Shown: in pieces, positions 18,747 to 29,093 of the stretch
Layout: the number at the start of each line of letters is the position of its first letter
Position numbering within the stretch: position 1 is the stretch's first letter
Source: Alphaproteobacteria bacterium
Lineage (GTDB): Bacteria > Pseudomonadota > Alphaproteobacteria > UBA7887
Assembly: GCA_965216755.1 (NCBI GenBank)
Contig: CBDCGL010000011.1
Span: 3,680,001 to 3,744,000 of the forward strand
DNA length: 64,000 nucleotides
Reading direction: 5' to 3'
Made by a program: the position numbers and the translations under genes
The notes under the pieces: generated by a model
Database searches by the model: none
What the model saw: only the letters and a program-made list of their open reading frames with translations
Told to the model about the DNA's origin: nothing

Positions 18747-19889
18747 TCATGACCATTTCAGCGATTCGCCTTGGATCATTTCCGGTGTCACATAACCCAA
18801 GCTGCCGGACATCATATAGTCGAGCTGGATTTTGAACACGCGCGCGGCGTTCTCGTCTTTGTTGGCCCACGCAAACCAGCGCGGGATCGCCAGACGGGTG
18901 AACTTGTCGACGTCCGCTTCGGCGAGGCGCGTGACGATGGTGCCCGCTTCTTCGAACTTCTGCCACGCATCCTGGTCGGCTTTTTGAATCGCGGCGTGAT
19001 GCATGTCGGAGTAGACATGCACTTCCATTTCCAAGAACTGCTGCATTTGCGGCGATAGGTCGTTCCACGCGTCCATGCCGACGGTCAGATCCATCAGGTC
19101 GACCGGCTGATACAACGACATGAACCCGGGCGGCCCCATTGAAATAAAGCGGGTCACTTGGTGAAAGCCGAGCGCGTGGTTGACCGCCGGGCCGACATAG
19201 TCGGCGACATCGATGGTGCCCTTTTCCAAGGCGGGAAAGATTTCCGAACCCGGCAGCAATGTTGTCTTGGCACCGGCGGCCTGGAAAACCTCGGCGACCA
19301 TGCCGCCAGGCAAGCGCATTTTGCGGCCGGCGAAATCCTCGATCGACCGGATCGGCACCTTGGAATGGATGATGTTGGGACCATGGTGAATCGGCCCAAC
19401 GTAATGCATCCGTTGCTGCGCAAACAATTCGCGTGCCAGTTCCAGCCCGCCCAGGCCATAATAGAATACATCCCATTCATGCGGATTGCGCAGGCCTAGG
19501 GGATAGGACGTCAGGAATACCGACGCCGGCATGCGCCCGGCCCAATAAATCGTGAACGGATTCATGGCTTGCAGCACGCCGTTCTTGACCGCGTCGAACA
19601 ATTGAAAATCACCAACCACGTCTTTGGCGCCGAAAGGTTGAAAGGCCAGCTCGCCACCGGTTTTCTCAACAATGCTCGCGCACCAGTCCTTGAAGATTTG
19701 CAGACCGATACCGCCGGGCCACGACGTTTGGACCTTCCACGTCGTGGTTTGGGCCTTGGCGGTGCCGACAAAGGGCATGGCGACGCTGGCCGCCGCACCC
19801 GCGGCGACCGCTGACCCACGCAAAAAACGGCGCCGGCTGTGGTCTGCTGCCGGCGATGGGTGCTTGGGGCTTCGCGCCTCTTTGTTCAT
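18747..19889 (-). CDS. dctP: TRAP solute-binding protein DctP (TakP / 2-oxoacid-lactate type), Tat signal
   Basis: SRRRFL Tat motif, WKVQTSWPGG, KMRLPGG, EIFPALEKGTIDVADY. ATG 19889 with a GGAGG RBS. Confidence 0.9.
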   Translation of the reverse strand: MNKEARSPKHPSPAADHSRRRFLRGSAVAAGAAASVAMPFVGTAKAQTTTWKVQTSWPGGIGLQIFKDWCASIVEKTGGELAFQPFGAKDVVGDFQLFDAVKNGVLQAMNPFTIYWAGRMPASVFLTSYPLGLRNPHEWDVFYYGLGGLELARELFAQQRMHYVGPIHHGPNIIHSKVPIRSIEDFAGRKMRLPGGMVAEVFQAAGAKTTLLPGSEIFPALEKGTIDVADYVGPAVNHALGFHQVTRFISMGPPGFMSLYQPVDLMDLTVGMDAWNDLSPQMQQFLEMEVHVYSDMHHAAIQKADQDAWQKFEEAGTIVTRLAEADVDKFTRLAIPRWFAWANKDENAARVFKIQLDYMMSGSLGYVTPEMIQGESLKWS

Positions 19890-20060
19890 GGCAATGTCCT
19901 CCCGGATCGGTCTGTGTTGGTCTTGCGCAAACGTGGTACGCGTGGCCGGCATGGCTGTCGGTCCGTGTGATTGGCGCAATTGTGGCTGTCGGCGCGAACA
20001 TTGTCGACCACGCCGTTCCCCGCGTAACATAGCTGCCGTCGACTGGTGCCGGAGACTTGG

Positions 20061-21227
20061 ATGTACACAGACTTCACCGCGGAGCAATTGCAGATCCGCG
20101 ACGCAATCGCACGCATTTGCGCGCGTTTCGACGACACCTATTGGCTGACCTGCGACCGCGAGGCTGCGTTTCCCGATGCATTCACCAAGGCCTTGGCAGA
20201 CGACGGTTGGCTAGGTATCGCCATGCCGGAATCTTTTGGCGGTGCCGGCCTGGGCGTGACCGAGGCGGCGATTATGATGCAGACTATCGCCGAATCCGGT
20301 GCGGCGATGAGTGGCGCGTCGGCTGTCCATTTGAACGTTTTCGGCCCCAATCCGATCGTCGTGTTTGGCACCGAAGACCAAAAGCGGCGTATGCTGCCAC
20401 CCCTTATTCGTGGCGAACAACGATCGTGTTTCGGGGTTACGGAACCCGACGTCGGTTTGGATACCACGCGTTTGAAGACGCGCGCCCGCCGCGACGGCGA
20501 TCGCTATATCGTCGATGGCCGAAAGGTGTGGACGTCGACCGCGCAACGGGCCGACAAGATCTTGTTGATCGCGCGCACGACGCCGCTGGAGGACTGTGCG
20601 CGGCCCGCCGACGGATTGACGCTGTTCTATACGGATTTGGATCGCCGCTATGTCGATGTGCGCGAGATCGCGAAAATGGGTCGGGCCGCGGTCGACAGCA
20701 ACGAGCTGTTTATTGATGGCCTGCCGGTTCCCGTGGACGATCGGATCGGCGATGAAGGTCAGGGCTTGCCGTGTTTGATCCATGGCCTCAACCCAGAACG
20801 CGTGTTGATCGGTGCCGAGGCAGTCGGCATCGGTCGCGTGGCGCTGCAGCGGGCCAGTCGCTATGCCGGCGAGCGCGTGGTCTTTGGTCGGCCCATCGGC
20901 CAAAACCAGGGCATCCAGCATCCATTGGCAGAGAGCTGGGCGGAATTGGAAGCCGCCGACCTGATGGTGTTCAAGGCGGCGGCATTGTATGACGCCGGCA
21001 AGCCCTGTGGCCTGGAGGCCAATGCCGGTAAGTTCCTTGCCGCGCGCGCCGGATTTCGTGCCTGTGAGCGGGCAATGCTGACCCATGGTGGCTACGGCTA
21101 TGCGCGCGAATTCCAGGTCGAACGCTATATGCGCGAGCAATGGATCAACCGCATCGCGCCGGTGACCGAACAAATGATCTTGTCTTATATCGCGGAGCGC
21201 GCGCTGGGCTTGCCGAAGTCGTATTAG
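20061..21227 (+). CDS. Acyl-CoA dehydrogenase
   Basis: FGVTEPDVG, GRKVWTS, RVVFGRPIGQNQGIQHPLA, HGGYGYAREFQVER. Confidence 0.92.
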   Translation: MYTDFTAEQLQIRDAIARICARFDDTYWLTCDREAAFPDAFTKALADDGWLGIAMPESFGGAGLGVTEAAIMMQTIAESGAAMSGASAVHLNVFGPNPIVVFGTEDQKRRMLPPLIRGEQRSCFGVTEPDVGLDTTRLKTRARRDGDRYIVDGRKVWTSTAQRADKILLIARTTPLEDCARPADGLTLFYTDLDRRYVDVREIAKMGRAAVDSNELFIDGLPVPVDDRIGDEGQGLPCLIHGLNPERVLIGAEAVGIGRVALQRASRYAGERVVFGRPIGQNQGIQHPLAESWAELEAADLMVFKAAALYDAGKPCGLEANAGKFLAARAGFRACERAMLTHGGYGYAREFQVERYMREQWINRIAPVTEQMILSYIAERALGLPKSY

Positions 21228-21273
21228 AGCCGTGTCCGGCAGAATGGTTCAATATTGTCGCATACTGCTCTAA
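21224..21273. repeat. 50-bp palindromic extragenic element (TTAGAGC...GCTCTAA) carrying both convergent stop codons
   Basis: Terminal IR TTAGAGC/GCTCTAA. The internal GTCCGGCAGAATGG is shared with the element at 56851. Confidence 0.65.
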
Positions 21274-22478
21274 GTGTCGGTGTCGTCGTCGGCGACGACG
21301 ACGGCATTGTCGATCAGCGCGGCGATCTCGTCCTCGCCGAAGCCGCATGCGGCCAAAACGTCGCGCGTGTCGGCGCCACGATAGGGCGGCGAGCTGCGCG
21401 CCGCCCCCGGAGTGCGGCTCATTTTGACCGGCACACCGATTCCCCGATAGTTGCCAAGTTCCACCAACATCTTCTGATGGCGGATTTGGGGATGGTCCAG
21501 GACCTCGGGAATTTCGAGAACCGGACCGGCGGGGATGCCCTCGGCCAACAGATGCTCGGCCAAGGCGACGCCATCGCGCGCGGCCAGCAGTTGGGCCAAC
21601 GCGGCAGATAAGGCGGCGCGGTTCTCGACCCGTTTGGCGTTGGTGGCGAAGCGCGGATCGTCGGCCAATTCCGGCGCCCCCAACGCGGCGACAAAGCGCC
21701 CAAATTGGCGGTCATTGCCGATCGCGGTGAAGATCAGACCGTTTTTGGTTTCAAACAGCTCATAGGGGGAAATGTTGGGATGGGCGTTGCCGGTGCGTCG
21801 CGGACGTTGGCCGCTCATCAGATAGTTTGCGCCATGCGGGTGCAACAGGCTGACCGAACAGTCGAGTAGGGAGACATCAACCTGTTGGCCGCGCCCAGAC
21901 CGTTCGCGTTCCCACAGCGCCATCATCACCGCATTGGCGGCGTACAGTCCGGTCGACAGATCGGAAATCGGCGCACCGACCCGAAATGGCGGTCCGTCGG
22001 CGGCACCATTGATGCTGACCAGGCCACTCATCACTTGCGCCACCGCATCATAGCCGGGCATGCCCGCATAGGGGCCGCTGGCGCCATAGCCGGTGATCCG
22101 GCAATAGACCAGCTTCGGGAAACGTGCTTCGAGGATCTCGCTGTAGCCAAGCCCCCATCGCTCCATTTGGCCGGCCTTGAAGTTTTCGATCAGAACATCG
22201 GCGCCGTCCAGCATCCGCAGCAGCACCTCACGACCTGGCGCGCCCGACAGGTCCAAAGCGATCGAACGTTTGTTGCGATTGACGCCGGCAAAATACGCGC
22301 TTTGGCCGTCGCGAAAGGGCGGTCCCCAGGTGCGGGTGTCATCGCCGCGCGGCGGTTCGATCTTGATGATTTCGGCGCCATGGTCGCCGAGCATTTGGGT
22401 GCAAAAGGGTCCGGCCAAGATGCGCGACATATCGATGACGCGCAGGCCTTCGAGCGCGCCGCCGGATGGCTGAGTCAT
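21270..22478 (-). CDS. CaiB/BaiF family CoA-transferase
   Basis: LEGLRVIDMSRILAGP, NRNKRSIALDL, ADVLIENF, GYDAVAQ. Confidence 0.93.
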   Translation of the reverse strand: MTQPSGGALEGLRVIDMSRILAGPFCTQMLGDHGAEIIKIEPPRGDDTRTWGPPFRDGQSAYFAGVNRNKRSIALDLSGAPGREVLLRMLDGADVLIENFKAGQMERWGLGYSEILEARFPKLVYCRITGYGASGPYAGMPGYDAVAQVMSGLVSINGAADGPPFRVGAPISDLSTGLYAANAVMMALWERERSGRGQQVDVSLLDCSVSLLHPHGANYLMSGQRPRRTGNAHPNISPYELFETKNGLIFTAIGNDRQFGRFVAALGAPELADDPRFATNAKRVENRAALSAALAQLLAARDGVALAEHLLAEGIPAGPVLEIPEVLDHPQIRHQKMLVELGNYRGIGVPVKMSRTPGAARSSPPYRGADTRDVLAACGFGEDEIAALIDNAVVVADDDTDT

Positions 22479-22492
22479 AACCGGTCGTTGAT

Positions 22493-23515
22493 CTAGGCGC
22501 CGACGACGCGGGTTTGGTCGTTCCGATCGGTCAGCAGCGCGCGCACATCGTCGTAAGACCCCACCAAATCGTCGGCGTCGCCGGCCGGTTGGACGAACAA
22601 CGCGGTCGACAAGGCATCGGCCAACGTCGCTGTCGGCGCGATGACGCTGACCGATCGAAACGCGTTGGCGCTGTGGCCGGTGGTCGGGTCAAACAAGTGA
22701 TGATGCGCGCCATCGACACTGAATCGGGTGCCATAACCACCCGAGGTCGCCACCGCCTGATCTTCCAGGTCGACGGTTTGGCCATAGTGGTCCGGACGAT
22801 CCGGATCGGCCAAGCCGATGCGCCACGGCCTGTGCTCGGGGTGGGCGCCAACCGCCCTGTGTTCGCCCAGGTCGAGCAACACATGGTCGATGCCGGCGGC
22901 GCGCATGAGATCGGAGACCCGGTCGGTGATATATCCCTGGGCGATGCCATTCATGGTGATGGCCATTCCCGGCGCGCCGAACCGCACCGCACGCCGATCA
23001 ACGGAAATGGCGCGATAGTCGACCTTTGCCAGCGCCGCGCGCAGCGCAACGTCAGAGGGACCGTTTTGCGCCTTTGGATGATCGGAAAAATGCCGGGCGT
23101 AAAGGTCCCAGACAGGTTGTACGGAGATGTCAAACGCGCCCCGAGAGCGCTCGGAAACGTCGTTGGCAGCCGTTAGGACCGCGCGCAAATCATCACTGGC
23201 ATCGTCGAGCCGGCCAGTGTCATTGAGACGCCGCACTTCGCTGGTCTCAACGTGCAAACTGAACACCGCTTCCAGTCGGGCAATTTCCGATTCGGCCTGT
23301 TGAAACAGCTTTTCGGCAGCCCGCTTATTCGGATGGGCAAGCGTAATACTGGCGAACGCGCCGAGCGCAACGCCGTGCCACTTGTGGATTGGCAGGTCGT
23401 GATGCGCGCCGGCGCGCAATGCCGGAATTGACGCGATGCCGGCCACGGCGCCAAACATCTGCAGCGTGCGCCGTCGTGAGAGTGAACTGACTTTAGGTGT
23501 CTGATGGCCTGTCAT
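22493..23515 (-). CDS. apbE: FAD:protein FMN transferase (ApbE/NosX), Tat-exported
   Basis: SRRRTL Tat motif, AFDISVQP, NGIAQGY, VATSGGYG, HHLFDP, ADALSTA. Confidence 0.9.
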   Translation of the reverse strand: MTGHQTPKVSSLSRRRTLQMFGAVAGIASIPALRAGAHHDLPIHKWHGVALGAFASITLAHPNKRAAEKLFQQAESEIARLEAVFSLHVETSEVRRLNDTGRLDDASDDLRAVLTAANDVSERSRGAFDISVQPVWDLYARHFSDHPKAQNGPSDVALRAALAKVDYRAISVDRRAVRFGAPGMAITMNGIAQGYITDRVSDLMRAAGIDHVLLDLGEHRAVGAHPEHRPWRIGLADPDRPDHYGQTVDLEDQAVATSGGYGTRFSVDGAHHHLFDPTTGHSANAFRSVSVIAPTATLADALSTALFVQPAGDADDLVGSYDDVRALLTDRNDQTRVVGA

Positions 23516-23534
23516 TGTGTCTTTCCTCGGTTTC

Positions 23535-25640
23535 TCACGCTTTCGCTGCAGCGACTCTTTGGGTGGGCGCCGGTGCGGCCCCGATTCGCGCCAGCCGTGC
23601 CCGACGCGCATGCAGCGGCGGGCAAATCGCCGGATCGTGATAGTCGACTTGGCAATCCAAACATTGGAAACATTCGGTTGCCACAATGCCCCCCTCGGGT
23701 GCAATCGCCTGAAATCTACACCGCTCGGCGCATTTTTGGCACGACACACCACATTCCGGCCGGCGCTTGAGCCAGTCGATCAGGCGGATCCGCCCAAAGA
23801 TAGCGAATCCAGCGCCCAATGGGCAAAGGTAACGACAAAAAGCCCGTTCCAAAACGACGCCGATCGCCAAGATCGCCAATGCAAAGACAACATAGGGCCA
23901 CGCCCGGACCAAGTTTGCACCAAAGACCGTTCCGAAAGGTTCGATTTCGGTCGCCCTCGGCACCCGGTCGATGGCCAGGAACGAAAGTGCGACCAGGCCG
24001 ATGACCGCCAAATATTTCAGCGCCCACAAGCGCTCATTGACCGCGTAGGGCAGGCGGATTTGCGGTATGCGCAACTGGCGGGCGGCTTGGTTGATGAGCT
24101 CTTGCAGCGCGCCGAAAGGACAAAGCCAGCCGCAAAAGACACCGCGGCCCAGCAAAACAAGGCTCAGGGCCGCATACGCCGCCAGGATCACGATGACCGG
24201 TTGGGCCAACAACGGCTCGATCCCCGACAGGCGGAACGGCGCATTGAGCACACCGATCAAATGCATCACCGACAATTGGGTCCCCGCATACCAACCGATC
24301 CACAACACGGTAAACGTCAGGTAACCCAAGCGCAGCCATCGTTGCCACGGTCGGTGGCGCGCGATTTTGTCTTGGATGACCAGAAGGATGGTCAATGCGA
24401 TCAAGGCCACAACCAAAACGCCGATGCGTACAGGCTGGTTCATCCAGGCGGCAACCCAAAATGGCGCTGGTGCCGATGCCGGCGGGGTCAACAAATCGGG
24501 TCGGTTGTGGTCGATGGCCCCGGACGGCAGTGCGTACGGCAGGCCGAACGTTGTGGCCCCGCCGTCCATTGTTTGTGCGCGCAGACTGACCGACCAGGGC
24601 AGCGTCGGGTCGAAGTCTGCGCCCAGGTCAACGCGGATGATGCGACGGTAGGGTGGACGACCCGGCGCCACAAGATCTGTGCTGCTGATCGCCTCCGGCC
24701 CTGTTTCCGAAATGTCAAAAATCGAGGATCCCTGGCGAATCGCGAGCCGGGCGATCTCGATGCGGCCGGATTCAGCGGCCATGCGCGCCAAGCCACCACC
24801 CAGGGCGATCAACACCGTCCCCGCTGAGGGCGGCTTGTCCGTTGCCGAGGTCGCCAACAGAGCTTCCGCCAGGCCAGGTACGGCAAGCGGCGCAACCGCA
24901 ATATCGACAAATGGCGAATCACTGGGCCCGGCCATCATTGCGGTCTGTGCACCAGCACCCTGCCAGAGCGCCGCGGCGTCGCCATTGCTGACTCGCAACC
25001 GCTTGACCAGTCCCTGTTCGATCAGGCCGGTCCAATCGCTGGCGACATCAAAGGATGTTGACAGGGCGCGGATCGGCGGTGCGTTCGGATCGGGCAGATC
25101 CCGCGCGCGCGCCACCGCGAACGCGGCGCGATGGATTGCGTCGCGCATCAGCCGGACACTGATGCTGGCCCCGGACACCGAATCGGCGGCGGGTGGCTGG
25201 GCGTCATACGCACTTTCGCCGGCCATCGTGGCGGCCTGTCTGGCGAGATCCTCGACGGCGATCCATTTACCGACCGCTGGTTCGTTGTGGCCAATGAGCA
25301 GGGCGCCGGCGATACGGCCGTCACTGTCGACACCGGCAATGATGTCGAATGGGAGTCCGAGAAAGCCCGGCGCATCGACCACGTCGGCAACACGGAAAAG
25401 ATAGCCGACAGTATCGTCACCTTTACGGACGGGTGTCGCCGGCGGCCGGCCCTCTCTCTCGCCGGCGCGATCCGCCTCAGGGAACAGCGCGGCCACTTGG
25501 TCCGGCGTAAACCCGACCTTGTTCGGTTGCGCCGCGACCATTGTGACGTTGCTGATCGTCATCGCGAGTGCCGCGATGAGACAAGCGCGAAAATATCCAA
25601 TTCGGCGCCGCGAACGGCCGCACCCCGTCGTCGGTTTCAT
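23535..25640 (-). CDS. NosR/NirI family membrane protein (FMN-binding domain plus 4Fe-4S)
   Basis: HNEP, DSVSGAS FMN motif, GRGVFCGWLCPFGALQE, FCRYLCPLGA, CQKC..C, ECFQCLDC. Start uncertain (25640-25556). Confidence 0.85.
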   Translation of the reverse strand: MKPTTGCGRSRRRIGYFRACLIAALAMTISNVTMVAAQPNKVGFTPDQVAALFPEADRAGEREGRPPATPVRKGDDTVGYLFRVADVVDAPGFLGLPFDIIAGVDSDGRIAGALLIGHNEPAVGKWIAVEDLARQAATMAGESAYDAQPPAADSVSGASISVRLMRDAIHRAAFAVARARDLPDPNAPPIRALSTSFDVASDWTGLIEQGLVKRLRVSNGDAAALWQGAGAQTAMMAGPSDSPFVDIAVAPLAVPGLAEALLATSATDKPPSAGTVLIALGGGLARMAAESGRIEIARLAIRQGSSIFDISETGPEAISSTDLVAPGRPPYRRIIRVDLGADFDPTLPWSVSLRAQTMDGGATTFGLPYALPSGAIDHNRPDLLTPPASAPAPFWVAAWMNQPVRIGVLVVALIALTILLVIQDKIARHRPWQRWLRLGYLTFTVLWIGWYAGTQLSVMHLIGVLNAPFRLSGIEPLLAQPVIVILAAYAALSLVLLGRGVFCGWLCPFGALQELINQAARQLRIPQIRLPYAVNERLWALKYLAVIGLVALSFLAIDRVPRATEIEPFGTVFGANLVRAWPYVVFALAILAIGVVLERAFCRYLCPLGAGFAIFGRIRLIDWLKRRPECGVSCQKCAERCRFQAIAPEGGIVATECFQCLDCQVDYHDPAICPPLHARRARLARIGAAPAPTQRVAAAKA

Positions 25641-25768
25641 ATCGTTGTGCGAACGTCGGCGATGCCGACGATGTCCTAATTCATTGCCAATCAAGTCGAC
25701 CAGGTGGCGACTCCGTATGGGCCGGAATGAAAACCGTATTTCCCTTTAAACGCAAGGGATAACGAGAC

Positions 25769-27280
25769 TCATTCTGAATCGCTCAGGCGCAAGCCCAACG
25801 GCACGACCATGCGTTCGAAACCTTCAAATCCGCCTTGGACAAGTAAGGCGAGAACCGCTGCCGGCACGGCGCCTTGCAATATGAGTGGGATATCGTCCAA
25901 TCGGATGCCCGTCAGAATAGGCTGCCCGTAGCCGCCGGCTCCAATCAACGCGCCGAGAGTCGCTGTGCCGACATTGATGACCGCCGAGGTCTTGATGCCG
26001 GCGAGGATCGACGGTCCGGCCATGGGCAGGTCGACCAGCCGCAAGCGGGCGCCGGGCGATAGACCCAAGGCATCGGCCGATTCGGCGATGTCGTTGGGGA
26101 TATTGCCGAGACCGGCATGCGTGTTGCGGACGATTGGCAGCAGGCTGTAGAGAAACAGCGCCATCATCGCCGGCGGCCCGCCGATGCCCAGCAACGGGAT
26201 CATGAAGACGAACATCGCCAGCGACGGGATGGTCTGTACGATACCGACAATACTGATGATGATCTGACCAAACCGTGGCAATCGCGCGGCCACCACACCC
26301 AACGGAATCGCCAGTACGATCGCCGCCGAGAGCGATATTCCGACCAAAATCAGGTGATCGATGGTATTGCGCCATAGATCACCCAGCCAGCTTTGGGTTT
26401 CGACCGCGGCCGAAATCCGCAGTTGAGTCGTGAGGAAGTTGGCTGCGACCGCCGATTCCGCCGCCCCGTCAAGTTTCACTTGGGCGTTGAGACCCGACAT
26501 GGTCGCGGCATCGATCGCGCCTTCCAGCCGCGCGAAAAGATCCGCCGCCGCGGGCGCGCGATCGCGCAAGTCGTCGCGATAAAGGATGACGGCATTATAG
26601 GTCGGGAAGTGACCGAGATCGTCGTCCAGCACTTTCAACCCGTAATAGGCGATCTCAGCGTCGGTCGTGTAGACGTCCAAGGCGCCGATATCGCCCGAAT
26701 CGAGGGCACGATAGGCCAGGTCGTGGTCGAGCCCCGTCACGTCTGTTTGCGGCAGGCCATAGCGATCGCGCAAGCTCGGCCAACCATCGGCCCGATCCAT
26801 GAACTCGTTGCCGAAGCCGAAGACCAAGTCGGGATGGGCGGTCAGGTCTGAAATCCGTTCGATAGCGCGCGCGGCGGCCACGTCGGCCCGCATACCAACG
26901 GCGTATGTATTGTTGAAACCCAACGGTCGGGTCATGGTGACGCCGCTTGCGGCCAAGGCGGCCCGGATCTCGGCCTCTTCGATCAGGCCCTCGCCGGCCA
27001 AAATCTCGTGGCTGATGGTGCCGGTATATTCGGGATAAGCATCGATTTCGCCGGTCAACAACGCATCCCACAAGACGCGCGTGCCACCAAGTTGGCGGTG
27101 ATGCACCGCCGCGGCACCGCCGGCGCCAACCAGATGCGACAACATCTCGCCCAGAATCACGGATTCCGTGAAGGACTTGGACCCGATATCGATGGTTTCT
27201 TCGGCACGCGCGTCCGTGCTCGTGCCAGCGCCGCGCCCCCAGGCAAGAATAACGACCAAGGCGGCGCACAGGTATTTCAT
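25769..27280 (-). CDS. Glycine betaine/choline-type ABC transporter, fused substrate-binding and permease protein
   Basis: IGSKSFTES, PLGFNNTYA, QTIPSLA, ESADALG, GAGGYG. Confidence 0.9.
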   Translation of the reverse strand: MKYLCAALVVILAWGRGAGTSTDARAEETIDIGSKSFTESVILGEMLSHLVGAGGAAAVHHRQLGGTRVLWDALLTGEIDAYPEYTGTISHEILAGEGLIEEAEIRAALAASGVTMTRPLGFNNTYAVGMRADVAAARAIERISDLTAHPDLVFGFGNEFMDRADGWPSLRDRYGLPQTDVTGLDHDLAYRALDSGDIGALDVYTTDAEIAYYGLKVLDDDLGHFPTYNAVILYRDDLRDRAPAAADLFARLEGAIDAATMSGLNAQVKLDGAAESAVAANFLTTQLRISAAVETQSWLGDLWRNTIDHLILVGISLSAAIVLAIPLGVVAARLPRFGQIIISIVGIVQTIPSLAMFVFMIPLLGIGGPPAMMALFLYSLLPIVRNTHAGLGNIPNDIAESADALGLSPGARLRLVDLPMAGPSILAGIKTSAVINVGTATLGALIGAGGYGQPILTGIRLDDIPLILQGAVPAAVLALLVQGGFEGFERMVVPLGLRLSDSE

Positions 27281-28050
27281 GGCGCCAAGTCCGCCAAGGT
27301 GTCGGCCAGGGTTCGTTGGGCGTTGACGAACTCTGCCACGAATGGTGTTGCCGGGCGTTTGACCAGGTCTTCGATGGCACCGGTTTGCACGATCGCGCCG
27401 TCGCGGATCAACACCAGGCGGTCGCCGAAAAAACCGGCTTCGCCAATGTCATGGGTAACCAGAATGACGGTCTTCCCGAGAGATTGAAAAATGTCACGCA
27501 AGTCGGTTTGCAAGCGGAACCGCACCATGGGGTCCAAGGCACCGAGCGGTTCGTCAAGAAACAGCACGTCCGGGTCCAACATCAACGCGCGCATCAAGGC
27601 CACGCGCTGGCGCTGGCCGCCCGAGAGCTGCGCGGGATAAGCGTCAATGCGATCGTCGGGATAATGCGTCAGGGTCGCAAGGGTGTCGACGCGGTCGCTA
27701 ATCCGTGATTCCGGCCAGCCGAGGTGGCGGGCCATCAGGGTGACATTGCCGCGCGCCGTCAGATGGGGAAACAATCCGCCGCCCTGGATCACGTAACCCA
27801 TGCGACGGCGCAATGCCGGAGCGGTCGCCGGCGTGATGTTGTGGTCTTGGAATTGGATAGTCCCGGCTTCAGGCTCGATCAGGCCCAACATCAACCGAAT
27901 CAAGGTTGATTTGCCGCAGCCGGACGGGCCGATTAAAACCGTTGTTCGGCCGGCAGGAATTTGCAGATCAAGGCCGCGCAAAACAGGCGCGGCACCGAAG
28001 CTTTTGGTGACGTTGGAGAGCGCAAACAACGTTGGGTCGGCTCCAGCCAT
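27277..28050 (-). CDS. ABC transporter ATP-binding protein (OpuBA/ProV-like)
   Basis: GPSGCGKST, LSGGQRQR, LDEPLGALD, VTHD. Confidence 0.93.
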   Translation of the reverse strand: MAGADPTLFALSNVTKSFGAAPVLRGLDLQIPAGRTTVLIGPSGCGKSTLIRLMLGLIEPEAGTIQFQDHNITPATAPALRRRMGYVIQGGGLFPHLTARGNVTLMARHLGWPESRISDRVDTLATLTHYPDDRIDAYPAQLSGGQRQRVALMRALMLDPDVLFLDEPLGALDPMVRFRLQTDLRDIFQSLGKTVILVTHDIGEAGFFGDRLVLIRDGAIVQTGAIEDLVKRPATPFVAEFVNAQRTLADTLADLAP

Positions 28051-28070
28051 GCGGCTAGAGTAACCCATTC

Positions 28071-29093
28071 TTATTCCAGGTGAAGGACCCCGTCTGGATA
28101 AAACGCATAAAAGGCAAACGCGAAATCAACGGCATATGCGGCATCTTGCCAGTCGCCGCTGGCGTTGCGGCGTTCGACGACAACATTGCCGACGTCTGTG
28201 CTGTCGGCAATCACCGAGGAGTCGAGAGCCGAATTTTGCCCAGGCGACCAAGACAGCCGTAGATCTTCGATGGTGATGGTCCCCGCCGCGCGGAGCAATT
28301 CGAGGCTCCAGCCCTGATCATCGACGCGCACCACGCGCGCCAAAGGTGCGATGCCTTCCGGCAATTCACCGCGATAGAGAAACGGTCGCGGCGCGGAGTC
28401 GTAGCCGGCGTAGGGGGTCGCCCCATAGGCGCGGGCGCCGCCCTGGTTGGGAACCAAGACTTGGCCGTCGGGTGCGCGCTGCTTGAAGTTGGCGAAGGAT
28501 TCCAAGCGCGCCGGAATGATGTCCAAGCGTGTGCCGGTCAATTCGCCGATTAATGCCTCGCCGACGAATTGTTGCCACCAGCTCTCAGTCTGACGGTCAT
28601 ACATGACCAGATCCGATTTGCGCAGGCGCCCAGTGGTGCCGAAATCCAGCACTTGGCCATCGACGCGGCGATCGAACACCAAGGCCGTGTTGCACAATGG
28701 GCAATAGGTGACCACCACGGGGCGGCCGCCGACCGTATCGTTGGCTATCTCGTGCCAAATCAACACACGCAATGGGTAGGCGCGGGCGTCACCATTGAGG
28801 ATCAATCCAACAACCGGCTCGCTGTCGGCAATGTCGGTGACTTGATCGACTGGAACGAAACGCGGGTCATCAATCGGCGGTATGCCATCGCGCGGCGGAC
28901 CACCCGACATAATTTCGTTCAAATCGATCGAGGTTTGCGAAAAGTCAGTCTTGGGGAACTCATTTTGGGCCAACCACAGCCAAGGCGGCTCATCCGCGCC
29001 AATGGCGCCGCCGCCCAACGGGGCCCAAAGCAGCAGAAAAGCCAGAAAAAGCGTACCGCGCAGCCTTTTTGACATTACATCGAATCCCGACAT
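28071..29093 (-). CDS. DUF3179 domain secreted protein
   Basis: SGGPPRDGIPPID, WHEIAND, TYCPLCNT, LVMYDRQTESWW. Confidence 0.88.
   Translation of the reverse strand: MSGFDVMSKRLRGTLFLAFLLLWAPLGGGAIGADEPPWLWLAQNEFPKTDFSQTSIDLNEIMSGGPPRDGIPPIDDPRFVPVDQVTDIADSEPVVGLILNGDARAYPLRVLIWHEIANDTVGGRPVVVTYCPLCNTALVFDRRVDGQVLDFGTTGRLRKSDLVMYDRQTESWWQQFVGEALIGELTGTRLDIIPARLESFANFKQRAPDGQVLVPNQGGARAYGATPYAGYDSAPRPFLYRGELPEGIAPLARVVRVDDQGWSLELLRAAGTITIEDLRLSWSPGQNSALDSSVIADSTDVGNVVVERRNASGDWQDAAYAVDFAFAFYAFYPDGVLHLE

Noticed and set aside
23517-24827. Long antisense ORFs (this one and 524-1726, 7947-9002, 20211-21173, 37380-38330, 57276-58265)
   Set aside because: These are shadow frames of well-supported genes, as expected in high-GC DNA.
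25723-25743. Fur/Irr-like box (GGAATGAAAACCGTATTTCC) upstream of the NosR-like gene
   Set aside because: Only a partial match and a weak palindrome; not enough support.
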